Shown here piece after piece: positions 9,816 through 18,986 of a stretch of DNA of 64,000 nucleotides. Below the pieces are notes generated by a model that was not told the origin of the DNA, searched no databases, and saw nothing but the letters and a program-made list of their open reading frames with translations. The stretch comes from an uncultured delta proteobacterium (GTDB lineage: Bacteria > Desulfobacterota > Desulfobacteria > Desulfobacterales > JAFDCJ01), in the NCBI GenBank assembly GCA_963769935.1, contig CAVYNY010000009.1:128001-192000 (forward strand), given 5' to 3'. Each line of letters starts with the position of its first letter. Positions within the stretch are counted from its first letter, which is position 1. The position numbers were made by a program, and so were the translations under genes.

Positions 9816-11213
9816 TTATGAATCCATCATGATTGTTTTAATTCGAAACGGCCACCTTAACGGGCTGTGCAGCTTTTGCCAGGCCTCTTGGATCCTGATA
9901 ATCTGTTGTGAGCTGAGGGTGGATTCCCCGTATACCTCCCAATGCACCATCTCAATAATCAGCATAATATCAGTTTTTAATTTCGGGAATCGGCAAGCCA
10001 GGCGCGTGCCGTACTCCATGGGTGTTTCATCGGATGCCTGAGGTATTCCGCTGTAGCGGCCCCAGCGCAGCAATGCTGCGTAAAAATCAAGGGCGCTTCG
10101 TTTGGCACCGGTGCGCAGCATCCACTCATAGCAGGCAAGCAAAAACGCCTTCAGCCGGTGCCACCACCATAAAAGATCGACTTGTTCCCATTTTTCATCG
10201 GCACCGTAGCGCTGCCTGAATAGCCATCGAATCGTGTACCATAATGCCAGGCCGGCCACCACAATCCCCAGAGCCAGCAGCAGCGTGCCGCCTCCCCACA
10301 TCAGAACTTTTTGCATCAGCAGCATCCAGGCGCCGGGTTCGTTCCCTTGCGGGGTGCCGGCTGTGCCGGCCGAGGGAGACAAGCCCGGGGGCTGCTGACC
10401 GAATTTCGCATGCCCGAAAATAAACCTGATCACCGCAATCAATATCGGTGAAAACGGTGCGGCGGCACTTTTCATCAGGTCGTATCCGACCACCGAAGCG
10501 CTTCTAAGGTACGGCAGGAAGAATAGAAAAACCGCACCACCCAAAATTAAGGCCCCGACGGAAAAACCGGTGAATACGCCGACAGCGTGATAGCCTGATA
10601 AATAGTCTTTTTTATGACCATGGCCCTGATTGCGGGTCAGTCCAATTTCCGTCAAACTGAAAATAAAAAAGGGAAAAATCAGCCAGACCGTCATCGAATC
10701 ATGGAACTGGAGCCCCGCCTGGGTGTGTAAAATCAATTTAATCAGGAAGAGACTGAAAAATGCGGCCACCCCCCGGTCAAACCGTGTGCAGGCATAAAAG
10801 TAAGATTTTACCTGCAGCGCAAACCGGACCCCGATCCCCCAGAACATAACGGTATATGCCAAAACAAAAATAAGCAGAAACCACGCCAAATGATCCCGCG
10901 GCCGATTAAAAAAATCAGCGAACCAGGCCGGATTCCACAAGGCAGAAGAACGGTAGTAAAAGACATGCACAACCCACAGAACGGTGCCGGCCAGACCGAT
11001 CAGGTGCATACCGATAATCTGAATCACCCGCCGGCGGTGTCTGCGGAGAACAAGCGTCAGCAACGCCGCCAGGCAGAAAGTTCCAAGAGCCTCGGGCAAG
11101 GGATACAGCCGCTGGAAGAATGAAAAAAGCAGAAAGGACGCCCAGGCATAAAGCCAGGTCAGTTCCGCTCCGGCACCGGAGACAAACAAAAAAACGGCGG
11201 GATTTCTTTTCAA
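9816..11213 (-). CDS. Multi-pass membrane protein with C-terminal DUF4129-like domain
   Basis: About 10 hydrophobic segments; C-terminal FYAALLRWG..G..ETPMEY..RL..YGE; TTG start abutting the DUF58 stop. Confidence 0.75.
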   Translation of the reverse strand: MKRNPAVFLFVSGAGAELTWLYAWASFLLFSFFQRLYPLPEALGTFCLAALLTLVLRRHRRRVIQIIGMHLIGLAGTVLWVVHVFYYRSSALWNPAWFADFFNRPRDHLAWFLLIFVLAYTVMFWGIGVRFALQVKSYFYACTRFDRGVAAFFSLFLIKLILHTQAGLQFHDSMTVWLIFPFFIFSLTEIGLTRNQGHGHKKDYLSGYHAVGVFTGFSVGALILGGAVFLFFLPYLRSASVVGYDLMKSAAAPFSPILIAVIRFIFGHAKFGQQPPGLSPSAGTAGTPQGNEPGAWMLLMQKVLMWGGGTLLLALGIVVAGLALWYTIRWLFRQRYGADEKWEQVDLLWWWHRLKAFLLACYEWMLRTGAKRSALDFYAALLRWGRYSGIPQASDETPMEYGTRLACRFPKLKTDIMLIIEMVHWEVYGESTLSSQQIIRIQEAWQKLHSPLRWPFRIKTIMMDS

Positions 11214-11214
11214 T

Positions 11215-12411
11215 TCAGACCGGCGCCTCCATACAGATATCCTCGAGAGGAATGCAATGGCTGAATCGGAATTTTTGATCTGCGGCGGGCCTGTTTGGTG
11301 CACGGCAGACGACCGACACAACCGGCATCCGGCGGTGTTTGAAAAACGCCAAAATTTCCCGGAACGACTCGCCGGATTCATAGGACAAGCTGAAACCGGT
11401 GGTCCCCCAGGGCAGTTTCAAGCCGCGTCTTAGAAAATCGGCCATGTCTGCCAGCGGTGACATCTGCAGCCGGGCCAGTGTCTCGAGGATTTTCGGAACC
11501 TGCCGCGGCCCTCGGCCGATCGGCAAAGCATTTGACCCATCGCCGTTCATCTTCCCGTTTGTCACCAAGCCCACGGCAAAACCCGAACGATCGAAGCGGA
11601 CCGCAGCCGAAGCCGCAACTTCGAGAATTTTTTCAAATTCAGCGTGCGCCCCTTGTTCAGCGAAGCGGGCGACATCAACCATCAGCAATATTTTTTCCTG
11701 GGCGGCAGGCTCGCAGATTTTTTCCTGCAGCTGCCTGAAGCGGGCACTGGCTTTCCAGTGGATATACCGCGCCGGCCGCCCGCTCTGATACTGCCGGGTG
11801 CCGTAAACATAAACGGGATCTTCGATCGGACTTTTGGCTCCGGGAACACCGAAAAAATCGCGACGCGGCAAAGCAAGCGGCTTTAACGGAATCAGACGGG
11901 GATAGACAATGACATCGTGAAAGGATGCTGTTTTTTGCTTTTTCGAATAAAATCCAAAAAGGTCCCCAACGCGCAGTTCCGCGGTTGAGATTTGGTGCAC
12001 TCCGCGCCGCAGTGCCGTCAAATGCCACTGAAAATCGGCCTCCTGATACCAGAGCAGGCTGCATTCTTTTTTAGACGATGCAGCGTTCTCGGCCGACAGG
12101 AAAGACTTTGAGAAAACAACCGACAATTGGACCAGCACCGGCAGCACCTTTGCATTTTGAACCCGGGTGGAAAGGGTCAGCGTTTCTCCCGGAAAAACCC
12201 GTTGTTTGTTCAATACGCTTTCGAAGTGGATTTTGGCCGGGCTCAATCGGCTCCAGCAGTTGGTCCCCGCCATAATTGCGATGACAACCAGGCCCAGCAC
12301 CGTCAAATCGCGTTGATCGTTCAGCAGGGCTATAAAAAGAAAAAGGACCACAAAAATCTGTATCAGGGGGATGATTAAAGCAGTCGGCAGTCTATCTTGA
12401 TTGGTGTCCAT
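11215..12411 (-). CDS. DUF58 domain-containing protein (MoxR partner)
   Basis: RRGVH..GDLFGF, VIVYP and RQYQSG..RYIHWKASAR motifs; the 5' extension in the ORF track is repeat-derived. Confidence 0.9.
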   Translation of the reverse strand: MDTNQDRLPTALIIPLIQIFVVLFLFIALLNDQRDLTVLGLVVIAIMAGTNCWSRLSPAKIHFESVLNKQRVFPGETLTLSTRVQNAKVLPVLVQLSVVFSKSFLSAENAASSKKECSLLWYQEADFQWHLTALRRGVHQISTAELRVGDLFGFYSKKQKTASFHDVIVYPRLIPLKPLALPRRDFFGVPGAKSPIEDPVYVYGTRQYQSGRPARYIHWKASARFRQLQEKICEPAAQEKILLMVDVARFAEQGAHAEFEKILEVAASAAVRFDRSGFAVGLVTNGKMNGDGSNALPIGRGPRQVPKILETLARLQMSPLADMADFLRRGLKLPWGTTGFSLSYESGESFREILAFFKHRRMPVVSVVCRAPNRPAADQKFRFSHCIPLEDICMEAPV

Positions 12412-12419
12412 AATAAAGA

Positions 12420-12790
12420 GTTCATCGTTGATAGTTGATAGATGATCGTTGATAGTTGATAGTTCATAGTTCATAGCTGATAAAAGTGGCTGGAAAGCTT
12501 GAAAGGGAAGAAGAGAAGAAGGTGAGGATAAGAAGATCAGAAACTCAGAAACTCAGAAAAAAACAGGCATTGCTTCCCTTCTACCTTATAACTCAACAAA
12601 CTCAACAAACTGAAACCCTTTTTCCTTTCACCTTTAGCCTTTTACCTCTATCCCTTTTTCTATCAACTATGAGCTATGAACTATCAACTGGCGCGTTCGC
12701 GCCGCCTTCAACCTTTATCTGCTTCAGCCTTATTCAACTCATTAAACTCAACAAACTCAACAAACTCAACAAACTATCAAACTCTATCCG
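12420..12790. repeat. Composite intergenic tandem-repeat block (7-mers and 9-mers around a conserved core)
   Basis: gttgata/gttcata arrays, gaag-rich 9-mers, core GAAAAAAACAGGCATTGCTTCC, then aactcaaca, cctttag and tatcaac/tatgaac arrays. Confidence 0.92.
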
Positions 12791-12808
12791 CCTGTTACCT
12801 GCCCCAAA

Positions 12809-13744
12809 TCACTCGCCCACCGGTACGGCTGTCCCGCCGATAATATCTTCGACAACCTGTTTGGTTTCAGCGCCTCGCAGCCGTTCTTCTTCTTTGAGAA
12901 TCAGGCGGTGGCACAATACCGGACCGGCCAGCTGTTTGACGTCGTCGGGCAAAACAAACGCGCGTCCCTGCAAGGCGGCCAGTCCCTGCGCGGCCCGCAT
13001 CAAACCGAGCGTTGCCCGCGGACTGGCCCCGTACTGCAGGGCGGAATGACCGCGCGTGCCCCTGACAATATCGGCGATGTAAGCCCGCACGGGCCCGGAG
13101 ACGCGTATTTGCCGGCGGGCTGCCTGCAGCTCAACAAAAACCTCCGGTTGGATGACGGGTCCAAGTTCTTCGAGCGGATCTTTTTCCTGGAAACGTTCTA
13201 AAATCGTAATTTCTTCCGCGCGCTCCGGATATCCCAGGTCGATTTTTAACAGAAACCGGTCCAGTTGGGCTTCAGGCAGGGGAAAAGTCCCCTCAAGTTC
13301 AATGGGATTCTGGGTTGCAATTACAAAAAACGGAGAGGGCAGCCGATACGTCCGGCCGTCAACCGTCACCTGCCGCTCCTCCATGCTTTCCAACAGGCTG
13401 GACTGGGTACGAGGAATTGTGCGATTGATTTCGTCGGCCAGAAGAACATTGGTCATGACCGGTCCGGGTTGGAACTCAAAACTACCCGCCTGCCGGCTGT
13501 AGACATTAAAGCCCGTTATATCCGACGGCAGCAGGTCCGGTGTGAACTGCACCCGTTTAAAGGCCCCGCCGATGCTTCGGGCCAGGCATTTGGCCATCAG
13601 GGTTTTCCCCATACCGGGCACGTCCTCGAGCAGGACATGCCCGTCGGCCAGCAGGGCGACCGTGAGCATCTCGACACACTTTTTTTTGCCGACGATCACG
13701 CGCGCAACATTGTCGATGATTTCCTGACACAGATTGAAATCCAA
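12809..13744 (-). CDS. moxR: MoxR-family AAA+ ATPase
   Basis: GHVLLEDVPGMGKT, RVQFTPDLLPSD, LADEINR and NPIELEGTFPLPEAQLDRF motifs. Confidence 0.95.
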   Translation of the reverse strand: MDFNLCQEIIDNVARVIVGKKKCVEMLTVALLADGHVLLEDVPGMGKTLMAKCLARSIGGAFKRVQFTPDLLPSDITGFNVYSRQAGSFEFQPGPVMTNVLLADEINRTIPRTQSSLLESMEERQVTVDGRTYRLPSPFFVIATQNPIELEGTFPLPEAQLDRFLLKIDLGYPERAEEITILERFQEKDPLEELGPVIQPEVFVELQAARRQIRVSGPVRAYIADIVRGTRGHSALQYGASPRATLGLMRAAQGLAALQGRAFVLPDDVKQLAGPVLCHRLILKEEERLRGAETKQVVEDIIGGTAVPVGE

Positions 13745-13765
13745 AAAAATTCCTCCGGAATATTT

Positions 13766-15649
13766 TTATCCATGGACTTTGACCAGCATGGTCAAACCGA
13801 GCTTTTCAAGCTCGGCCTCATCCGGCCGGCCGCTGTCGGGGTTCCAGCCCATGGCCTGCCGGTATTCCCGGGCCAGATTGTCGATATCCAGGGTAACGCC
13901 GGCCACAGGGCCTTCCTGCTGGGGCGGACGACCAGCCATGCGCTCCGGCAATTTGAAGTCGGCCGGCTGAATGCCTTCGCGGACATTGAAGCTTTGCCGC
14001 AGGGTCTGGATGCGCGCACCGGTGGTCAGGACATCGGCCACAGAAAGGTTCCATCCGGTCACGGCATTTAAAAAATCGACAAAGGGAAAATTGCCGAAGA
14101 ACATCAGCGGCATGAGACATAGACCCGCGCTGGCGCCGGCCTGCAGATAGCTGGATGCCGTGGCGCTCATCGGTCCCTTGCCGGTGTAAGCGTAGCGTTC
14201 AAATTGTTCGATCTTCAACTCGGCATACGGCGCAAAGGCGCCGGGGCCGCCGTCGATGCGCGCCATGGGGGCGGCCGTGTGGCGCCCCGGCGTGGGGTCG
14301 CACACAAAACCGGTGCCCCGGCTAGGCAGAAAAAGGGCATTATGCAGCCCGGGCTCCTGACCGCCCACGTGCATGGCATACTTTTCGGCGCCGCCGCCGA
14401 TTTTCCGCGCGGCAATCCTGACCCCGTCCGCCAGGATATCGCCGAAGCCTTCCCGGGCGGCCATTTTGCCCACCATGGTGATCATGGCTTCGGCATTGCC
14501 CCAGGTCAGGGGCACGCCGTCCATGTCGGCCTCGGAAATGATGCCGTTTTCAAAGCACTCCATGGCAAAGGCCAGGGCCGTGCCGGCCGAGATGGTGTCC
14601 AGGCCGCTGCGGTTGCACATTTCGTTTAACTTGATGATGGCCTCAAAATCGTCGCACAGGCACATTGTGCCGAAAGCGCCGATGGTTTCATACTCGGGCT
14701 TGTGGGTTTCACCCACCGGGTACTTTCCGCCGGTGACATTGAAAATGCCGCCGCAGGCAATCGGGCAGTTGGCACAGCCGTATTTGCGGCTCTGGTGTTG
14801 AAGGACGGCATCGGCATCGGCGATTTTTTCCAGGTTGGCAAAGGACTGGGTGCCGGTCATTTGCCAGTTTTTGACCGGGGTGGCGCCGGAGGCCACCAGC
14901 CCCGCAGTCAGTCCGCAGGTGCCGTGTTTTATCAGTATGTCGGCAAATCCTCCCATGGCACGCATTTCGGCAATAAAATCCTTGCGTAGCCTCTCCAGAG
15001 CTTGGTTATCGGCCACGGCCGCCTTGCCGGTGCCGCGCACCGCCACGGCCTTGAGCTTTTTGGCGCCCATCACGGCCCCCACACCGGAGCGGGCGGCCGC
15101 CCGGCCCCGGTCATTGATGATGCCGCTGATCAGTGACAGCTTCTCCGAAGCGGGTCCGATGCAGGCAATCCGGATTTTCCTGTCGCCGGCCGCGGTCTGG
15201 ATGGCGGTTTCGGTTTCGACAGTGTCTTTGCCCCAGAGCTGGGCGGCATCCTTTAATTCGATCCTATCATCCGTGATCATCAGATATTTGGGAGAAGCGG
15301 CCGCGCCGGAGACAAAAACCGCATCCCAGCCGGCGGCCTTCAGTTCGGCGCCGAAATACCCGCCGGAGTTGGCATCCCCCCAGCCCCCGGTCAAAGGCGA
15401 CTTGCAGACCGCCATGTAGCGTCCGCCGGTAGGTGTTTTGGTCCCGGTCAGCGGCCCCGTGGTGAAGCCCAGTATGTTCTCCGGCCCCAGCGGGTCGACA
15501 CCCTTTTTCTGGCGCTCAAACAAAATCCGCGCCCCCAGACCTTGCCCGCCGATGAAATCCCGCGCCAGGGTTTCATCCAATTTCTCAGTTATAATTTCAC
15601 CTTTTGTCAAATCGACAAATGCAATTTTTCCTGCGTATCCGCCAGCCAT
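13766..15649 (-). CDS. Aldehyde ferredoxin oxidoreductase family protein (tungsten-type)
   Basis: GGYAGKIAFVDL, KSPLTG, GPASEK..RAAARSGVGAVMGAKKLKAV, CANCPIAC, PEYET and GLDTIS motifs. Confidence 0.93.
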   Translation of the reverse strand: MAGGYAGKIAFVDLTKGEIITEKLDETLARDFIGGQGLGARILFERQKKGVDPLGPENILGFTTGPLTGTKTPTGGRYMAVCKSPLTGGWGDANSGGYFGAELKAAGWDAVFVSGAAASPKYLMITDDRIELKDAAQLWGKDTVETETAIQTAAGDRKIRIACIGPASEKLSLISGIINDRGRAAARSGVGAVMGAKKLKAVAVRGTGKAAVADNQALERLRKDFIAEMRAMGGFADILIKHGTCGLTAGLVASGATPVKNWQMTGTQSFANLEKIADADAVLQHQSRKYGCANCPIACGGIFNVTGGKYPVGETHKPEYETIGAFGTMCLCDDFEAIIKLNEMCNRSGLDTISAGTALAFAMECFENGIISEADMDGVPLTWGNAEAMITMVGKMAAREGFGDILADGVRIAARKIGGGAEKYAMHVGGQEPGLHNALFLPSRGTGFVCDPTPGRHTAAPMARIDGGPGAFAPYAELKIEQFERYAYTGKGPMSATASSYLQAGASAGLCLMPLMFFGNFPFVDFLNAVTGWNLSVADVLTTGARIQTLRQSFNVREGIQPADFKLPERMAGRPPQQEGPVAGVTLDIDNLAREYRQAMGWNPDSGRPDEAELEKLGLTMLVKVHG

Positions 15650-15787
15650 GGAATATCTCCTGCTGTTTTGATAATACCGATTTAAATTCGAACTCATTGT
15701 GCCTAAATCAATTTGTTAAAATAGTCAACAATAACAATAGGGTTGAAAGTTAGACACAGAAGGGATACTATCGAAAAGAAATGATAA

Positions 15788-15905
15788 CCGTTCAGGGGAT
15801 AATGGTCAATCCGAACCATGGATTTGCCCTACAAACCTGAGCTTGTAAACACGTTTGAATAGAGGCAATCTTGAACGGTGAACTTCGAACCTGTAAACGC
15901 TTACA
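15788..15905. repeat. Short inverted-repeat (REP-like) element
   Basis: ACCGTTCAGG...CTTGAACGGT inverted ends, followed by gaacctgtaaacgcttac. Confidence 0.55.
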
Positions 15906-15909
15906 AGAA

Positions 15910-16206
15910 ATGAAGCCGTATTCAGAATCAGAAATAAAAAATATGCTTTCACGGTTGTACTGGGATGTCAAGGTGCATCCTGATCAACTGTATGCGCTCT
16001 TGAAGGGTGAAACAAAAAAGGTCGGACACATTGATATCGCCAACCTTTACCATCGAATGTTGATGACATTTGACTGGTACACTATCCTGAGAATCTTTCC
16101 GCGAGAAAAGCTGTCGGAACTTTTGGATGAGGCCGTGATTGAACGAATTCGTTTTAAAGATCTGAAAGATAAGTACCACTATGCGAGAGAAAGCATTCTA
16201 TCATAA
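15910..16206 (+). CDS. Small helical protein, putative antitoxin partner of the AbiEii-like toxin
   Basis: LSRLYWD motif; overlaps the downstream nucleotidyltransferase gene; AT-rich two-gene unit. Confidence 0.7.
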   Translation: MKPYSESEIKNMLSRLYWDVKVHPDQLYALLKGETKKVGHIDIANLYHRMLMTFDWYTILRIFPREKLSELLDEAVIERIRFKDLKDKYHYARESILS

Positions 16207-16861
16207 ATTATACGCCCTGCAGGATCAATTAATGGAGTTAATTCAGAAGCAGGACGTCGATTTTTACCTTACCGGCGGTACTGCTTTGGGAAGGTTCTAT
16301 TTGAACCACCGACTTTCCGACGATCTAGACTTCTTCGTTAACCAGGCTGCCGATTTCAAGAAGCAGGCAGAACGCTCTGTGGCCGCCATTAGGAAAAGCG
16401 GGCTGCAAATCGAAATCGGCACAGCATCTGATTCGTTTCTCAGAATTGCGGTTTTGAGAGACGAGATATCAATGAAAATAGATTTTGTTAATGATGTCAT
16501 CTACCATTACGGCGGATTTGAAGCGGCGGATTTTTTCCCTAAAATTGACAGTTGGAGGAATATTCTTTCAAATAAATTGTGCGCAATCAGTCGATCAGAA
16601 CCAAAAGACATAGCCGATTTGCTGTTCATCGCCAAAAACTTTTCTTTTGAATGGCCCGAAATCATAGAAGAAGCAAAAAACAAAGATCTATGGGTCGATC
16701 CGCTGGATGTTTCACGAATTATACAAGAGTTTCCGATAAACTTGTTTGATACCGTAAAATGGATGAAGCCGGTTGACCGGGAAACACTGGGCAATGAACT
16801 CAAGCAGATGCATGATGATATTTTCTACGGACAATCGAATTCCCTGGCTGGTTTGAGGTAG
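16181..16861 (+). CDS. Nucleotidyltransferase AbiEii/AbiGii toxin family protein
   Basis: FYLTGGTAL.RFYLNHRLSDDLDFF, KIDFV and NKLCAI.SRSEPKD..DL motifs. Confidence 0.9.
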   Translation: MREKAFYHKLYALQDQLMELIQKQDVDFYLTGGTALGRFYLNHRLSDDLDFFVNQAADFKKQAERSVAAIRKSGLQIEIGTASDSFLRIAVLRDEISMKIDFVNDVIYHYGGFEAADFFPKIDSWRNILSNKLCAISRSEPKDIADLLFIAKNFSFEWPEIIEEAKNKDLWVDPLDVSRIIQEFPINLFDTVKWMKPVDRETLGNELKQMHDDIFYGQSNSLAGLR

Positions 16862-16961
16862 TTCGTAGTTGAAGGAAAACCAAGTCCCGTGAGTGGTTGG
16901 GGCACGCCTCCTATGGTCTAATGGATTAAGGTTGTTTTCCGATATATATTCAATTCTGCAC

Positions 16962-17215
16962 CGGTCTGAAGCCGGACGGCGTTGTCGGACCGCAGACGCG
17001 CCGGGCGTTAAACTTGACGGTGCAGCAGCGAATCCGCCAAATCATCGTCAACATGGAGCGGTGGCGGTGGCTGCCGCAGAATCTCGGAATTCGATATCTG
17101 CTGGTCAACATTGCCGCCTTCAATTTGACGGTTGTCGAAGAAGGTCAGACCGTGATGCAGATGCGGGTGGTCACCGGTACGCCCTGCCGGCGCACACCGG
17201 TTTTTTTCGGCCCGG
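16962..17215 (+). pseudogene. Fragment of YcbB/LdtD-type murein L,D-transpeptidase
   Basis: GLKPDGVVGPQTRRALN..RIRQIIVNMERWRWLP..YLLVNIAAFNL..MRVVTG..RRTPVF; lacks the N-terminus and catalytic C-terminus. Confidence 0.85.
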
Positions 17216-17244
17216 TTAACATATCAGGCAAATCTTCCAGGTCT

Positions 17245-17907
17245 TCACTGATCGGCAGTCTTATAGCTGATGGAAACTCCCGCCGAGCTTGACCTATCGA
17301 TCGTGGTTGCAAAGTTCGGCAGGCTTTGCACGTAATCGAGAAACTCTTGAATCCCGCCCCAATGGCTGGCAACATTGTGGGCCGTAAAGCAGCCGCCCAC
17401 TTCGAGTTTGGGCGCCAAGGCGATAAAGTAGTTTTTATACCAGTCCTTATCGGCATCGGAAAACACGAAATCAAACGGTCCCTTCAGTTCTGCGACCAGT
17501 TGATGGGCATCAGCCAGCCGGGCGTCGATATAGTCGGACAGCCCGGCCTTTTTAAAATTAGCCAGGGCCTGTTGGTAGCGGCTTTCATCTATTTCGATCG
17601 TGATGAGCCTGCCGCCGGTTTTGCTGAGCGCCCATGCCATCCAGATGGCAGAGTGTCCGGTGGAGGTGCCGATTTCGACCGCTTTTTGATAATCGTTTTT
17701 GACGATAAGATCGTACAAAACCTTCCCATCTGCTTCAGGAATGTTCCAGTCGACCCATTTACCCCGCTGGCTTGCGAGAAACCTCCTTACTTTCTGATCG
17801 AGGCCCCCGCTTTTATTGGCATTTTCAGCGAGCGCGGTACACACAATTGAAAATAAAAAGAGCAAAAGAAAAATAAAGTAAAATCCGGCCCTGAAATTTA
17901 TTGTCAT
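17245..17907 (-). CDS. Class I SAM-dependent O-methyltransferase with N-terminal signal-like peptide
   Basis: VEIGTSTGHS, ITIEID, FDFVFSDADK and AHNV motifs; hydrophobic leader ending ALA. Confidence 0.85.
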   Translation of the reverse strand: MTINFRAGFYFIFLLLFLFSIVCTALAENANKSGGLDQKVRRFLASQRGKWVDWNIPEADGKVLYDLIVKNDYQKAVEIGTSTGHSAIWMAWALSKTGGRLITIEIDESRYQQALANFKKAGLSDYIDARLADAHQLVAELKGPFDFVFSDADKDWYKNYFIALAPKLEVGGCFTAHNVASHWGGIQEFLDYVQSLPNFATTIDRSSSAGVSISYKTADQ

Positions 17908-17944
17908 TTTGTCACCCATCTGTCTACCATTTGGCAGCAATTGG

Positions 17945-18082
17945 AAAGGAGTTTCATCACCTAAGCGGTGGCCGGCGTGACCTGGTGCCGAAAGGTGGAC
18001 GCATCTCCAACCAGGCATCGGTAGAATGCCGGTTTCAGAGCAAATACCGCCCCTGAAAGGGTCTTTGCATCTCTCACCGAGC
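17945..18082 (+). ncRNA. Candidate structured RNA of unknown family
   Basis: Nested stems GCGGT/ACCGC, GGCCGGCGT/ATGCCGGTT and CCTGGT/ACCAGG, with a GCC-GAAA-GGT tetraloop and a CCC-TGAAA-GGG hairpin. Confidence 0.45.
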
Positions 18083-18119
18083 AAATAAATGGCAGGGTCT
18101 TGCCTTGATGACCCTGCCG
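18083..18119 (-). terminator. Rho-independent terminator
   Basis: GGCAGGGTC-N9-GACCCTGCC followed by ATTTATTT on the minus strand, just after the 18129 stop. Confidence 0.7.
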
Positions 18120-18128
18120 TGGATGCCG

Positions 18129-18425
18129 CTATCCAGTAAGATGTTTAATCAATTCAACTACTTCACTAATCGAAGCAGCCGGATGAATCTCGAATTGAAC
18201 ATATGGTACATATTGCTCAGTCATCTTCATTATTTCCAAATAAGTTCCTTCGGCAACAACATATCCTTTTCCTTCACCGGGAAATGTCCCATAATCTTTT
18301 ATAATACCTTTTTCAATATCTTGCTTAACCATCGCCGTAAGAAGTTCATATCCGGATCCTCGTTCCTTAGGATCAACCGGTATTCTTGCCTCATTAAGGC
18401 TCCAAAGTATGAGATGTTTTGCCAT
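18129..18425 (-). CDS. Hypothetical small alpha/beta protein (possibly DUF3303-like)
   Basis: Clean 98-aa ORF with SD GGAGG and a terminator downstream. Confidence 0.75.
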   Translation of the reverse strand: MAKHLILWSLNEARIPVDPKERGSGYELLTAMVKQDIEKGIIKDYGTFPGEGKGYVVAEGTYLEIMKMTEQYVPYVQFEIHPAASISEVVELIKHLTG

Positions 18426-18589
18426 AATTTCGCCTCCCATTTATTCTATTGGTCTGCTGCTTCGGTGTAAATATGGATATTAGCCAATAAAAATGTTTAG
18501 GATTCCCAACAGGAGATAGATATTCCCGTTAGGAGATGGATAGGCACAATTTGAGAGGATACTCCATTTTATCTTTGCACCGTTAAATT

Positions 18590-18790
18590 TTAAGTAAGCA
18601 CAGCTTGGGTCTGAATCGTTCGGCTTACCAGTTCTCCGCGCTCGCTGGGGATATCTGTCTGTATGACAATCGCAGCATGTCCGATATGAACGGGGGTGGC
18701 TACCACCTCGATATGACCTTCTTTTACACCCCGGGAAAAGTTGGTTTTAGACTCTATCGTCGCTGTTTTGGCGCCTTGAGGTAAATTGAA
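18590..18790 (-). pseudogene. C-terminal half of PaaI-family hotdog thioesterase
   Basis: Own translation NLPQGAKTATIESKTNFSRGVKEG..ATPVHIG..VIQTDI..GELVSRTIQTQAVLT*; no start codon. Confidence 0.75.
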
Positions 18791-18796
18791 CCTATA

Positions 18797-18937
18797 TTAT
18801 TCATTCTTTTTTTGTTTTGGAAAATTAATTTTTCTATAAAGAGAGCACCACCAGAGAAAAGCACAACCAATAAAGAAGATCCCTAAGCCACCAAAAAAAC
18901 CGGCAAAAAAAATGCCTAAATCCCCTAAATTCCCCAT
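18797..18937 (-). CDS. 46-aa small membrane protein
   Basis: SD GGAGG plus ATG; MGNLGDLGIFFAGFFGGLGIFFIGCAFLWWCSLYRKINFPKQKKNE (one TM helix and a basic tail). Confidence 0.65.
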   Translation of the reverse strand: MGNLGDLGIFFAGFFGGLGIFFIGCAFLWWCSLYRKINFPKQKKNE

Positions 18938-18986
18938 GCTTTCGCCTCCGAAATGAATTATAAAATCCAATTTAGAATATAGGATA

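Noticed and set aside
8812..10041. Long antisense or alternative-frame ORFs (also 28325-29236, 41880-42914, 51199-52152, 52896-53879, 61598-62629)
   Set aside because: Shadow ORFs of GC-rich genes whose family motifs are clear in another frame or strand
12486..13049. 187-aa + strand ORF and other repeat-derived ORFs or N-terminal extensions (633-1010, 47091-47468, 47442-47555, 60101-60202)
   Set aside because: Low-complexity translations of tandem repeats, partly antisense to real genes
17941..18082. Moco/Tuco, c-di-GMP-I or glycine riboswitch
   Set aside because: Only isolated words match (TTGGAAAGGAG, GAAA..GGACGCA, CTTTCAGG); the required order and core motifs are missing
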